Assembly (NCBI GenBank): GCA_019244185.1 | Contig: JAFATB010000002.1 | Span: forward strand, 64,001-128,000 | Source: Acidobacteriota bacterium | GTDB taxonomy: Bacteria; Acidobacteriota; Thermoanaerobaculia; Gp7-AA8 | DNA: 64,000 nt | Reading direction: 5' to 3' | Shown here: positions 28,187 through 37,880 of the stretch, one piece after another | How positions within the stretch are numbered: position 1 is the stretch's first letter | Layout of the letters: every line of letters begins with the position of its first letter | Position numbers and translations under genes: made by a program | The notes under the pieces: model-generated | What the model was told of the DNA's origin: nothing | Seen by the model: only the letters and a program-made list of their open reading frames with translations | The model's database searches: none

Positions 28187-30624
28187 TGCCCGGCGTCGCA
28201 CGCTATGCGCAGGTCGCGATTCCCGTCGCCGTCCACGACACGTTCACCTACGGCGTGCCCGATGCGCTCCGCGACGGCGTACGCCTCGGCGCGCGCGTGG
28301 AAGTGCCGTTCGGCGCGAAGCTGACGACGGGGTTCGTCGTCGGTCTGCTCGACGAAGTTCCCGCCGCTGCCGCGTCGGCGAAGCTGCGTCCGATCCGCGC
28401 GGTGCTCGACGAAGAAGAACCGGCGCTGATCCCCGAGATCATCGATCTCTGCCGCTGGGCCGCGGAATACTACATCGCGCCGCTCGGCGACATGCTGCGC
28501 GTCGCGCTTCCCGCGAACATGGCCGCGCGCGGACGACGGCAGGCGACGCTCGTCGCGACGCCGGAGATGATCGTCACCGCGCGCGACGCGAAGCAGATCC
28601 TGAAGACCGATCTGCCGCTGCTCGACGAGCTCGCGAAACGTCCGCTGCCGCTCGCGCAGATCTTCGAAGAGTTGCGCGTGCCGCGCACCGCGGTCGAGCG
28701 TCTGCGCGACGCCGGCATCATCACCGTCGGCGATCGGCTGCGCGATGCGGAAGGCGTCCGCTACGACCGCTTCGTCGTGCTCGACACCGCGCCGGAGACC
28801 TTGACGCCGAAGCAGCGCATCGCGGTCGACCTGCTGCAGGCGCGCGGCGGCGAGCTTTCCGTGCGCGCGCTCGAACACGCGGGCGTGAGCGCGGCGGTGC
28901 TCTCCGCCCTCGCGAAGAAGGAGATCGTGCGCATCGAACGGCGCGCGCGCCGGCACACGCTCGACGCGTTTCTCGCGGGACTCGAAGGCGTCGAAGCGGG
29001 CGAGATCCGGCATTCCGAGGAACAACAGGCGGCGATCGATCGCGTGCGCTCGTCGCTCGGCACGTTCGCGCCGTTCCTGCTCGAAGGTGTCACCGGCAGC
29101 GGGAAAACCGAGGTTTACATCGAGTTGATGCGAGACGTCGTGAAGCGGGGAGAGCAGGCGTTGCTGCTCGTGCCGGAGATCTCGCTCACGCCGGTGTTCG
29201 CATCGCGGCTGAAAGAACGCTTCGGCGAGCGCATCGCCATCCTGCACAGCAATCTCTCCGCGAGCGAGCGGTACGACCAATGGTGGCGCGCGCGCCGCGG
29301 GGAAGTCGACGTCGCGATCGGCCCGCGCTCAGCGCTCTTCACGCCGTTCCAGCGCCTCGGCCTCATCGTCGTCGACGAGGAAGGGGACGGCGCGTACAAG
29401 CAGGAAGAGTCGCCGCGCTACAACGCGCGCGATCTCGCCGTCGTGCGCGCGCAGTTCCGCAAGATCCCGGTCGTTCTCGGCTCCGCGACGCCGTCGCTCG
29501 AATCGCGCGAGAACGCCGCGCGCGGCAAGTACGAACTGCTCCTGATGCGCAAGCGCGTCGAGGCGCGGCCGCTACCGGACGTGGAAATCGTTGACTTGCG
29601 GCACGAGCGCGCGGAGAAGGAAGACAAAGGCTTCGTCATCTTCGGCGTGCCGACGAAAGAGACCATGCGCGCGACGTTCGACGCCGGCGAGCAGGTGATC
29701 GTCCTCATCAATCGCCGCGGCTACGCGCCGTATCTGCTCTGCCGCGAATGCGGCCACGAGTTCCGCTGCCGCGACTGCAGTGTGACGCTGACGGTACATC
29801 GCCGCCAGAACCTGCTCATCTGCCACTACTGCGGTCTGCGCAAGCCGATCCCGAAGGCGTGTCCGCTCTGCAACGGCGAGGTGCTGCAGCCGATCGGCTT
29901 CGGCACCGAGAAAGTGGAAGAGCGCTTTCACCGCGATTTTCCGGATGTTTCGGTCGAGGTGCTCGACCGCGACTCGACGCGGAAGAAGGGCTCGCTCGTG
30001 GCGATCCTCGATCGCTTCCGCCGCGGCGACACGCGCGCATTGATCGGCACGCAGATGCTCAGCAAGGGACATCACTTCCCGAACGTGACGCTCACCGCGG
30101 TGCTCAACGCCGACTCGATCCTCGGCTATCCCGACTTCCGTTCCGCGGAGAAGACGTTCTATCTGCTGACGCAGGTCGCGGGTCGCGCGGGACGCGGCGA
30201 GCTGCGCGGCAAGGTGCTGATCCAGACCGCGTTTCCGCAGCACTACGCGATCCAGCACGCGCTGCGGCACGACTACGAGGCGTTCTACGAATCGGAGATC
30301 CAGTTCCGCAAGACGTTTCACTATCCGCCGGTGACGTCGATGATCGCGATCCTCCTGCGAGGGGAGAACGTCGGCGACGTCGATCGCGCGGCGCGCGAAT
30401 GCGGGCGCATGCTCGAAGAGGCGGTCGAGCCGCTCGCGGGGACGCGGCTGCAGGGTCCCGCGCCGGCGCCGCTCGCGCGCATCAAAGGCGTGTGGCGCTA
30501 CCAGATTCTGCTGCGCTCACCGCAACGCGTCGCGTTGCGACGCGCGGTCGAGGCGGTGATGCTGCCGCGGAAGTGGAAAGGCGTCGACGTCGCCATCGAC
30601 GTCGATCCGCTGAACATCCTTTAG
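28186..30624 (+). CDS. priA: primosomal protein N'
   Basis: GVTGSGKTEVY, four CxxC, QVAGRAGRG, IDVDP. Confidence 0.96.
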   Translation: MPGVARYAQVAIPVAVHDTFTYGVPDALRDGVRLGARVEVPFGAKLTTGFVVGLLDEVPAAAASAKLRPIRAVLDEEEPALIPEIIDLCRWAAEYYIAPLGDMLRVALPANMAARGRRQATLVATPEMIVTARDAKQILKTDLPLLDELAKRPLPLAQIFEELRVPRTAVERLRDAGIITVGDRLRDAEGVRYDRFVVLDTAPETLTPKQRIAVDLLQARGGELSVRALEHAGVSAAVLSALAKKEIVRIERRARRHTLDAFLAGLEGVEAGEIRHSEEQQAAIDRVRSSLGTFAPFLLEGVTGSGKTEVYIELMRDVVKRGEQALLLVPEISLTPVFASRLKERFGERIAILHSNLSASERYDQWWRARRGEVDVAIGPRSALFTPFQRLGLIVVDEEGDGAYKQEESPRYNARDLAVVRAQFRKIPVVLGSATPSLESRENAARGKYELLLMRKRVEARPLPDVEIVDLRHERAEKEDKGFVIFGVPTKETMRATFDAGEQVIVLINRRGYAPYLLCRECGHEFRCRDCSVTLTVHRRQNLLICHYCGLRKPIPKACPLCNGEVLQPIGFGTEKVEERFHRDFPDVSVEVLDRDSTRKKGSLVAILDRFRRGDTRALIGTQMLSKGHHFPNVTLTAVLNADSILGYPDFRSAEKTFYLLTQVAGRAGRGELRGKVLIQTAFPQHYAIQHALRHDYEAFYESEIQFRKTFHYPPVTSMIAILLRGENVGDVDRAARECGRMLEEAVEPLAGTRLQGPAPAPLARIKGVWRYQILLRSPQRVALRRAVEAVMLPRKWKGVDVAIDVDPLNIL

Positions 30625-30659
30625 CGTTTCCGCGCGTCCAAGCAGAAAGGAGGCGGCTC

Positions 30660-31163
30660 ATGCATCTCGTTCTCGCCCTTCTGTTCGCGACCGCGGCCGA
30701 CAAGCTCCTCGTCAATCCGCGCATCGATATGGACGCGTATCTCCGCGCCGCGAAAGCGGCGGCCGCCGATCGCGTCACGCACCGCGTGTCCGAAGACGAC
30801 TTCCTGAAGATGGCCGCGGAGCCGGGCACGATCGTGCTCGACGCGCGGAGCCGCGCGCTGTTCGACCGGTTGCACATCAAAGGCGCGGTCAACCTGAGCT
30901 TCCCCGACATCGGCTACGCCTCGCTCGCCGAGACGATCCCCGACAAGAACACGCGCATCCTCATCTACTGCAACAACAACTTCGAGAACGACATCAAGGC
31001 GTTCCCGCTCAAGTCCGCGAACGCGTCGCTGAATCTCTCCACCTACATCGCGCTCTACAGCTACGGCTATCGCAACGTCTACGAGCTCGGTCCGCTGCTC
31101 GATGTGAACAATTCGAAACTGTCGTTCGAGGGCAGCGAACGGCCGCACGAAGGCGCGCAGTAA
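30660..31163 (+). CDS. secreted rhodanese-like protein
   Basis: signal-peptide-like N-terminus, LDARS, HIKGA, IYCNNN; AGGAGG SD. Confidence 0.8.
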   Translation: MHLVLALLFATAADKLLVNPRIDMDAYLRAAKAAAADRVTHRVSEDDFLKMAAEPGTIVLDARSRALFDRLHIKGAVNLSFPDIGYASLAETIPDKNTRILIYCNNNFENDIKAFPLKSANASLNLSTYIALYSYGYRNVYELGPLLDVNNSKLSFEGSERPHEGAQ

Positions 31164-31172
31164 CATGCGTGC

Positions 31173-32447
31173 ATGCTCGCTGCGATTCTGGTCGTCTCAC
31201 GTCTCCTCGGACTGATCTCCGGCCAACATCCGCTGCCGCTGCAAGTCGCTCCCGAGGTTCGCAAGATCGAGATTCTGCGCGACGGCAAAGTCGTCGAGAC
31301 GCTGAACGGCGAGCCGTGGAACGCGACCATCGACCTCGGCACCGAGCTCGAGCCGCAGGAACTGACGGTCGTCGCGTACGACGAGAAAGGCAACGAGCTC
31401 GCGCGCGACACGCAGAACGTCAACCTGCCGCGCCCGCCCGCGGAGGCGTTCATCGATCTCGACAAGAGCGGCTCGCGGATGAAGGCGACGGTGCGCTGGC
31501 AGCACATCAACGGCGAGAAGCCGATGTATCTCGCGCTGCGCCTCGACGGAAAGAAGATCTCGAAGGGCGACACGACCGTGACGCTGCCGAGTATCGACAT
31601 GAACGCGATGCACGTGCTCGACGCGGAGATTGGATTCCCCGGCGACGTCGTGGCGAAGAAGGAGCTCGTGTTCGGCGGTCTGTACGCCGACGAGGAGCCG
31701 ACGGAGCTGACCGGCATCATCGCGCGGCAGTCGGGCGAAGGCGCGGCCGATCCGACGAACTGCTTTCACATCGACGGCAAGCCGGTCGACGCGCGCGGCA
31801 TCGAGAAAGGCGAGGCGCTGGTCATCGTCGTGCGCGGCAGCGGCTTCGTGAACACGCGCAAGGCGCTGGCCGTGCCGCGGAAGCTGCAGGATGCGACGCC
31901 GGCGAGCGATTTCGATCTCGCAGACGCGAAGATGCGTCTCATCTTTCCGACGCCGCGCACGTTCCAGATGGGCAAGAACGAGCCGGTCGTGAACCTCTTC
32001 GACAAGACGCGCCTCTACGACGGCGACCAGGGTCTCTTCTGGCTGCTGACGAACGTCGGCGGTCCGGAGCCCGACTGGCCGCGCATCGCGGACGCGGTCG
32101 CGGTCGCGGGCGTGCAGGCGATGGTCGACGCGCGGCGCCGCGCGGTCGTGGTGCTGCTCGACGAGCCGATCGATCTCAGCCACCACAAAGGCATCGCCGT
32201 GCGGCGCTACCTCGAGCGCATCGGCGTGCCGCTGTACGTCTGGTCGCTGCGCGGCACGACGCCCGCGCTCGCCAGCGACTGGGGCACGGTCACGGACGTC
32301 TCGTCGTACGACAAGCTGCGCGCCGCGACGCGCGAGCTGCGCGACGATCTCGACCGCCAGCGCGTGGTGTGGCTGCGCACCGGGCCGCTCGAAGCGCTGC
32401 GCGCGGAAGCGAAGGGCTGCGCGCTGCAGCCGATCGTGCATCCGTAA
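31173..32447 (+). CDS. hypothetical secreted protein with Ig-like N-terminus and degenerate vWA-like C-terminus
   Basis: RIADAVAVAG..RRRAVVVLLD..GVPLYVWSL resembles vWA; typical codon usage. Confidence 0.6.
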   Translation: MLAAILVVSRLLGLISGQHPLPLQVAPEVRKIEILRDGKVVETLNGEPWNATIDLGTELEPQELTVVAYDEKGNELARDTQNVNLPRPPAEAFIDLDKSGSRMKATVRWQHINGEKPMYLALRLDGKKISKGDTTVTLPSIDMNAMHVLDAEIGFPGDVVAKKELVFGGLYADEEPTELTGIIARQSGEGAADPTNCFHIDGKPVDARGIEKGEALVIVVRGSGFVNTRKALAVPRKLQDATPASDFDLADAKMRLIFPTPRTFQMGKNEPVVNLFDKTRLYDGDQGLFWLLTNVGGPEPDWPRIADAVAVAGVQAMVDARRRAVVVLLDEPIDLSHHKGIAVRRYLERIGVPLYVWSLRGTTPALASDWGTVTDVSSYDKLRAATRELRDDLDRQRVVWLRTGPLEALRAEAKGCALQPIVHP

Positions 32448-32478
32448 CGCGGCGTTCCGCCGTGATGCGCGCGCCTCG

Positions 32479-32548
32479 CGTGCAGTTCGTGACGCCGCCG
32501 TGCAGTTCGTGATCCCGCGGGAACGCAGGCGCCGCCGCGCGCGTCTGA
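32479..32548 (+). promoter_or_regulatory. tandem direct-repeat operator plus ECF-sigma-like promoter
   Basis: CGTGCAGTTCGTGA at 32479 and 32499; GGAAC(32520)-N17-CGTCTGA. Confidence 0.55.
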
Positions 32549-32575
32549 TGGGATACGAATCGAAAGGAGACGTTC

Positions 32576-33046
32576 ATGAGAAACAAGTTGATGCTTGCCG
32601 CGATCGCCGTCGTCACCCTCGTCGCCGCGCTCGCGTTTGCGATGCCGCAGGAAGGACCTGAACCGGGTGGTCCGGGCGGTCCCGGCGGACGCCACGGCCG
32701 CATGGATTTCGTCGCCGCGTTCGGCGACAAGCTGAACCTCACCGACGCGCAGAAGGCGCAGATCGGCGGCATCCAGAAGGCGAGCCGCGACGCGAACGCG
32801 AAGTTCTTCGAGACTTCGCGCGCCACGATGGACGAATTTCGCGCCGCCCGCGACGCGAATGACACCGCCAAGCTCGACGCGCTCAAGCCAACGCTCGACG
32901 CGCAGCGCGCGCAGATGAAGCAGATCCGCGACGCCGAGATGGCCAAGATCAGCACCGTGCTGACGGCCGATCAGCGCACGCAGCTCGACGCACTGCGCAA
33001 GGAGCGCGAGTCGCACATGCGCGAGCATCGTCCGCACGACGAATAA
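32576..33046 (+). CDS. Spy/CpxP family periplasmic chaperone
   Basis: signal peptide, LNLTDAQ and VLTADQ (LTxxQ) motifs. Confidence 0.88.
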   Translation: MRNKLMLAAIAVVTLVAALAFAMPQEGPEPGGPGGPGGRHGRMDFVAAFGDKLNLTDAQKAQIGGIQKASRDANAKFFETSRATMDEFRAARDANDTAKLDALKPTLDAQRAQMKQIRDAEMAKISTVLTADQRTQLDALRKERESHMREHRPHDE

Positions 33047-33067
33047 GCCGCGCAGGAACGCGAATGA

Positions 33068-33102
33068 GAAAACGGCGGGCGAAGGCCCGCCGTTTTGTTT
33101 TT
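33068..33102. terminator. bidirectional intrinsic terminator
   Basis: AAAACGGCGGGC-GAAG-GCCCGCCGTTTTTGTTTTT between convergent genes. Confidence 0.85.
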
Positions 33103-33712
33103 AGGCGATCGGCTCGCGGCGCAGCGGCTCGCGCAGTTGCACGAGCCCTTCGTAGAGCCGCTCGTCGATATCCGGCTCGAACGTGCGCACGAGCGGCACG
33201 AGGCGCTGCACGATTTGGATGACCGTCAGCATCGCGGCCCAGAGCGGCTCGGCGTTCGAGCGTTCGAAGGTCTGGAAGGGGAGGCGCTTGCCGAACGTGT
33301 CGGCGTCGACGGCGGAGAGATTGCCGACGGCGTGATTGAGCGACCAGCTGATACGCTGGCCGAGGTCGTTGGGCGGGTGTTGGTTGCGCGAGCGGCGGGC
33401 GACGTCGGCGACGCGGTCGAGGGCGCGGCAGAGCGCGCGGAAAGCGGCCTCCATCTCGGGATGCCGCGGATCGCTCGCGGCGATGTCGCTGTAGACGAGC
33501 CAGAGCGCGTCGATGCGGCGGCGCAGGTCGCCGTCGAGCTTCTGCGCCATCCACGCCGCGGCGGGGATGTGGCGCATGCGCTCGTTGTGCGACCACGTTT
33601 CGAGCAGCGGCTCGTGCGTGTGCGCGAGCCCATGCTCGCCGGAGCCATGTTCAGTGGACACGGGCGTCGTACCGTCCGCGGTCGTCGTTCCGTCAGTTGC
33701 CAGCGTGGTCAT
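33101..33712 (-). CDS. hypothetical alpha-helical protein
   Basis: 203-aa ORF divergent from accA and ending at the terminator. Confidence 0.65.
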   Translation of the reverse strand: MTTLATDGTTTADGTTPVSTEHGSGEHGLAHTHEPLLETWSHNERMRHIPAAAWMAQKLDGDLRRRIDALWLVYSDIAASDPRHPEMEAAFRALCRALDRVADVARRSRNQHPPNDLGQRISWSLNHAVGNLSAVDADTFGKRLPFQTFERSNAEPLWAAMLTVIQIVQRLVPLVRTFEPDIDERLYEGLVQLREPLRREPIA

Positions 33713-33733
33713 ATCTTTGTTAGGGTCACCGTC

Positions 33734-34684
33734 GTGAGCGCCGACCCCACGCAGTTTGAAGAGCCGATCCAGCGGATCCGGCGTCGCATCGAAGAGCTCT
33801 CCGCGATGGATGCGGAGCCCGCACAGCAGGCTGAGATCGCCGAGCTGCGGCAGAAGCTTACCAAAGTCTCCCGCGAAATCTACTCGAACCTCACCCCGTG
33901 GCAGAAGACGCTCGTCGCGCGTCATCCGCAGCGGCCGTACACGCTCGACTTCATCAGCATGCTGTTCGAGGACTGGACCGAAATCCACGGCGACCGCAAG
34001 TTCTCCGACGATCCGGCGATCGTCGCCGGCTTCGCGCGTTTCCGCGGGCAGCCGTGCTGCGTGATCGGACATCAGAAGGGGCGCAACACCAAAGAGAAGG
34101 TGATGCGCAACTTCGGTCAGCCGCGACCCGAAGGCTTCCGCAAGGCGCTGCGCGTCATGAAACTCGCGGAGAAGTTCAAGCTCCCGGTCTTCACCTTCAT
34201 CGATACGCAGGGCGCGTATCCCGGCCTCGGCGCGGAAGAACGCGGGCAGGCCGAGGCCATCGCGGTGAATCTGAGGGAAATGGCAGCGCTCGAAGTGCCG
34301 GTGATCGTCACGGTCATCGGCGAAGGCGGCAGCGGCGGCGCGCTCGCGCTCGGCGTCGGCGACCGCGTGCTCATGCTCGAGCACGCCGTCTACTCCGTCA
34401 TCTCGCCCGAAGGCTGCGCCGCGATTCTGTGGAAGAACGCCTCCGCCGCGCCCGACGCCGCCGCGGCGATGAAGATCACCGCGCAGGACCTCAAGAAGTT
34501 CGGCATCGTCGACGAGATCGTCCCCGAGCCGGACGGCGGCGCGCACGGTGATCCGAACGGTGCCGCCGAGCTCCTCGCGCCGTATCTCGAGCGCGCGATG
34601 CGCGACCTCGTCAAGCTCAAGCCGCCGCAGCTCGCGGAAGAGCGTTACAAGAAGTTCCGGCGGATGGGCGTGTTCGAGAAGTAG
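33734..34684 (+). CDS. accA: acetyl-CoA carboxylase carboxyltransferase alpha subunit
   Basis: [38 protein letters not shown]. Confidence 0.96.
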   Translation: MSADPTQFEEPIQRIRRRIEELSAMDAEPAQQAEIAELRQKLTKVSREIYSNLTPWQKTLVARHPQRPYTLDFISMLFEDWTEIHGDRKFSDDPAIVAGFARFRGQPCCVIGHQKGRNTKEKVMRNFGQPRPEGFRKALRVMKLAEKFKLPVFTFIDTQGAYPGLGAEERGQAEAIAVNLREMAALEVPVIVTVIGEGGSGGALALGVGDRVLMLEHAVYSVISPEGCAAILWKNASAAPDAAAAMKITAQDLKKFGIVDEIVPEPDGGAHGDPNGAAELLAPYLERAMRDLVKLKPPQLAEERYKKFRRMGVFEK

Positions 34685-34703
34685 ATTCGACGCGGCATCC
34701 CAA

Positions 34704-35918
34704 ATGTTCACCGAGAACCTGAAAATCGCCCTTCGCGCCATCCGCGCGAACAAGATGCGTTCGATTCTCACGGTCCTCGGCGTGATGATCGGCGTCGCGG
34801 CGGTGATCGCGGTCGTCTCGATCGTGCAGGGCTTCCAGTACAAGATCTCGAACGACCTCAACCAGATCGGCGCGTCGTTCATCGAAGTGTTCCCGCAAGG
34901 CGACCGCCGCAATCCGTTTCAAGTGCCGGAGCTCACGATCGACGACGCGGCGGCGGTGCGGCGGCAGACGACGTCCATTCGCGACTTCACGCCGATCTTC
35001 GTCACCAGCGGCGAGACGCGGCACGGCGACGCGCGGCACTCCGTGCAGGTTTACGCCGTCAACCGCTCGTACCCGGAGATCGTCAACCACTGGGTCGACC
35101 GCGGCCGTTTCTTCACGCCGGTCGATGAAGAGCAGCGCAAGCGCGTCTGCGTCGTCGGCATCGAAGTCGTGAAAGAGCTCGAGCTCGGCGACGAGCCGAT
35201 CGGCAAGATCATCCAGATCGACGCCAACACCTTCACCATCGTCGGCGTACTCGAAAAAAAAGGCGGCTCGCTCGGCGGCAATCAGGACGACATCGTCATC
35301 ATCCCGTTCCCGACCGCGGTCGTGCTCTACGGCAGCCAGAACATGCGCGCGCTCGTGCTCGCGTTCCAGATGGACCAGAACGCCGATCTCGAGCTGACCA
35401 AGAACCAGGTCCGCGACGTCCTGCGCGCGCGTCACAACATCGCCAAGGAAAAGCCGGACGACTTCCGCATCCTCGCGCAGGAAGAGATCCTCGAAACCGT
35501 GTCGACCGTGCTCGGCTCCGTCACGTGGATCATGGGCGCGGTCGTCGGCGTGGCGCTCCTCGTCGGCGGCATCGGGATCATGAACATCATGCTCGTCTCC
35601 GTCACGGAGCGCACGCGCGAGATCGGCATTCGCAAATCGATCGGCGCGCGGCGGCTCGACGTGCTGATTCAGTTCGTCATCGAGGCGATCGTGCTCTCGT
35701 CGCTCGGCGGTCTCATCGGCATCATCGGCGGGTTTCTTCTGGCGACGCTCACGCGTTTCATCATCGGACGATGGATCGATCTGCCGCCGGTTCACACCCC
35801 GTTCTGGGCCATCGGAGGCGCGTTCGCCTTCTGCGGCTTCCTCGGCATCCTCTTCGGCATCTATCCCGCCGCGAAAGCATCGAAGCTCGATCCGATCGAA
35901 GCATTGCGTTACGAATGA
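34704..35918 (+). CDS. MacB/FtsX-type ABC permease
   Basis: RSILTVLG, GGIGIMNIMLVSVTERTREIG, DPIEALRYE. Confidence 0.92.
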   Translation: MFTENLKIALRAIRANKMRSILTVLGVMIGVAAVIAVVSIVQGFQYKISNDLNQIGASFIEVFPQGDRRNPFQVPELTIDDAAAVRRQTTSIRDFTPIFVTSGETRHGDARHSVQVYAVNRSYPEIVNHWVDRGRFFTPVDEEQRKRVCVVGIEVVKELELGDEPIGKIIQIDANTFTIVGVLEKKGGSLGGNQDDIVIIPFPTAVVLYGSQNMRALVLAFQMDQNADLELTKNQVRDVLRARHNIAKEKPDDFRILAQEEILETVSTVLGSVTWIMGAVVGVALLVGGIGIMNIMLVSVTERTREIGIRKSIGARRLDVLIQFVIEAIVLSSLGGLIGIIGGFLLATLTRFIIGRWIDLPPVHTPFWAIGGAFAFCGFLGILFGIYPAAKASKLDPIEALRYE

Positions 35919-35983
35919 GACACCGCATGGCCGCGGACCGAGGCATGCGAAATGGACGGAAGGCCATCCAGGGTTACACCAGC

Positions 35984-37825
35984 GTGCGCACAATCAGCCG
36001 GTTTTCTCTCCTTCTCTTCGGAATCGTTCTCACGTGGTCCGCGCTGGCCGCCGAGCGCATGCCGCTCGCGGAAGTGCAGAAGGGGATGAAAGGCTACGGC
36101 GTCACGTATTTCGAGCCGTCCCAGCCGGAGCGCTTCGACGTCGAGATCCTCGGCGTGCTCAACAACATCGGTCCGGGCCAGAACCTCATCCTCGCCAAAG
36201 TCGACTCGCCGACCGTGCGCCGCACCGGCATCGTGGCCGGCATGAGCGGCTCGCCGGTCTACATCAATGGCAAGGTCATCGGCGCGCTCGCGTACGCGTG
36301 GCAGTTCGCGTCGGAGCCGGTCGCCGGCATCACGCCGATCGAAGAGATGATGAAGATCGCGCGCGTGTCGACGCCGTCCAACGGCGGCGCGCTGCCGGCG
36401 GCCGCGGTCTCGCCGCGCATGAACGCGGTGGAGATGCTCTCGTCGCTCGCGAACTCCAAACCGGAAGCGGCGTTCGACAAGCTGATGAAAGGACTCGGCG
36501 CGCAGGCGGCGAGCACCGTCACCGGCGCGAAGCAGATCGCGCTGCCGATGTCGCTCTCGAGCTTCGCGCCCGAAACGATCCAGCGCTTCGCGCCGTATCT
36601 CGACGGCCTCGGCTTCGTGGCCGTGCCGAGCGGCGCGACGTCGACCTCGTCGTCGACCACCGATCCGAAATCCACCGTCAACAAGAAGCAGTTCGAGCCG
36701 GGCGATCCGGTCGCGGGCATCCTCCTCAACGGCGACTTCACCGTCGCCGCGACCGGCACCGTGACGTATGTCGACGGCGACCACATCTACGCCTTCGGCC
36801 ATCCGTTCCTCGACATGGGCGAGATCAACTTCCCGATGGCGACGTCCGAGACCGTGAGCGTGCTGCCGAGTCTCGCCAGCTCGTTCAAGTTCGCGAACAC
36901 CGGCAACGTCGTCGGCGCGCTGCGGCAGGACCGCGCCGCCGGCATCATGGGCGTCATGGGCAGCAGCGCGGAGATGATCCCCGTCGAGCTGACCATGAAC
37001 GGCGCCGGTCCCGCGCAGACGTATCACGTGCAGGTCGTGCGGCACTCGCGTCTCTCGCCGCTCATCCTGGCCATGGCCGCCGACTCCGTGATCGCCAACG
37101 CGCAGCGCGCCGCCGGCGAGCGCACCGTGATGCTCGAGTCCGAGATCAAGCTGAAGGGCTTCGACGAGCCGATCCGTCTGCGCGAAGGTTGGGCAGGCGA
37201 GCAGGCGCGCTCCGCGATTCCGCAGTACCTCGCCGTCGTCTCCGGATACCTCATGTCGAACGAATTCCGCCAGGCCGACGTCGAGAGCGTGAAGATCCAC
37301 CTGCGCCACTCCGACGAGCTCCGCACCGCGAAGCTGATGGAAGCGTCGCTCGTCACGCCGGACAAAGGCCGCGTCACCCCGGGCGACACCGTGAAGGTTC
37401 GCGCCGTGCTCAAGCCGTTCCGCGGCGAGTCGTTCGTCGAGACGTTCGACGTCAAGATCCCCGACGATCAGCCGGCCGGCGCCGCGTATCTCCTCGTCGG
37501 CAGCGGCTCGGTGATGAACGCCATCGACTTCACGCTCGTGCCGCCCGATCCGCGCACGCTCGAACAGGTGCTCGCCGTGCTGCAGCGTCTGCGTCCGTCG
37601 ACCGACCTCGCGGTCGGACTCTATTCGACCGGCGAAGGTGCGGTGACGTCGGGCGTGTATCTGCCGAGCCTTCCGCCGTCGATGACGGCCGTCATCAGCA
37701 ACGACACCTCGAACGGCGCGACCGCGCCGGTGAAGTACCATCCCGCAGGCCAGCAGGCCCACTCCCTCGGATACATCGTCGACGGCGCGCTCAAGATCGA
37801 CGTCGACGTCCAGCCCGCGATCTGA
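35984..37825 (+). CDS. SpoIVB peptidase S55 domain protein
   Basis: GIVAGMSGSPVY..GKVIGALAY, TPIEEM, AFGHPF; signal peptide; start approximate. Confidence 0.85.
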   Translation: MRTISRFSLLLFGIVLTWSALAAERMPLAEVQKGMKGYGVTYFEPSQPERFDVEILGVLNNIGPGQNLILAKVDSPTVRRTGIVAGMSGSPVYINGKVIGALAYAWQFASEPVAGITPIEEMMKIARVSTPSNGGALPAAAVSPRMNAVEMLSSLANSKPEAAFDKLMKGLGAQAASTVTGAKQIALPMSLSSFAPETIQRFAPYLDGLGFVAVPSGATSTSSSTTDPKSTVNKKQFEPGDPVAGILLNGDFTVAATGTVTYVDGDHIYAFGHPFLDMGEINFPMATSETVSVLPSLASSFKFANTGNVVGALRQDRAAGIMGVMGSSAEMIPVELTMNGAGPAQTYHVQVVRHSRLSPLILAMAADSVIANAQRAAGERTVMLESEIKLKGFDEPIRLREGWAGEQARSAIPQYLAVVSGYLMSNEFRQADVESVKIHLRHSDELRTAKLMEASLVTPDKGRVTPGDTVKVRAVLKPFRGESFVETFDVKIPDDQPAGAAYLLVGSGSVMNAIDFTLVPPDPRTLEQVLAVLQRLRPSTDLAVGLYSTGEGAVTSGVYLPSLPPSMTAVISNDTSNGATAPVKYHPAGQQAHSLGYIVDGALKIDVDVQPAI

Positions 37826-37880
37826 AGCGCGGCGCCGCCCGCGGCGCCGCGCGGTTCCACATCTCGAAAGGAAGTAGTCC

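Noticed and set aside
35254-35261. A8 run in the MacB-type permease
   Set aside because: Reads in frame (LEKKGG) and the protein is intact on both sides.
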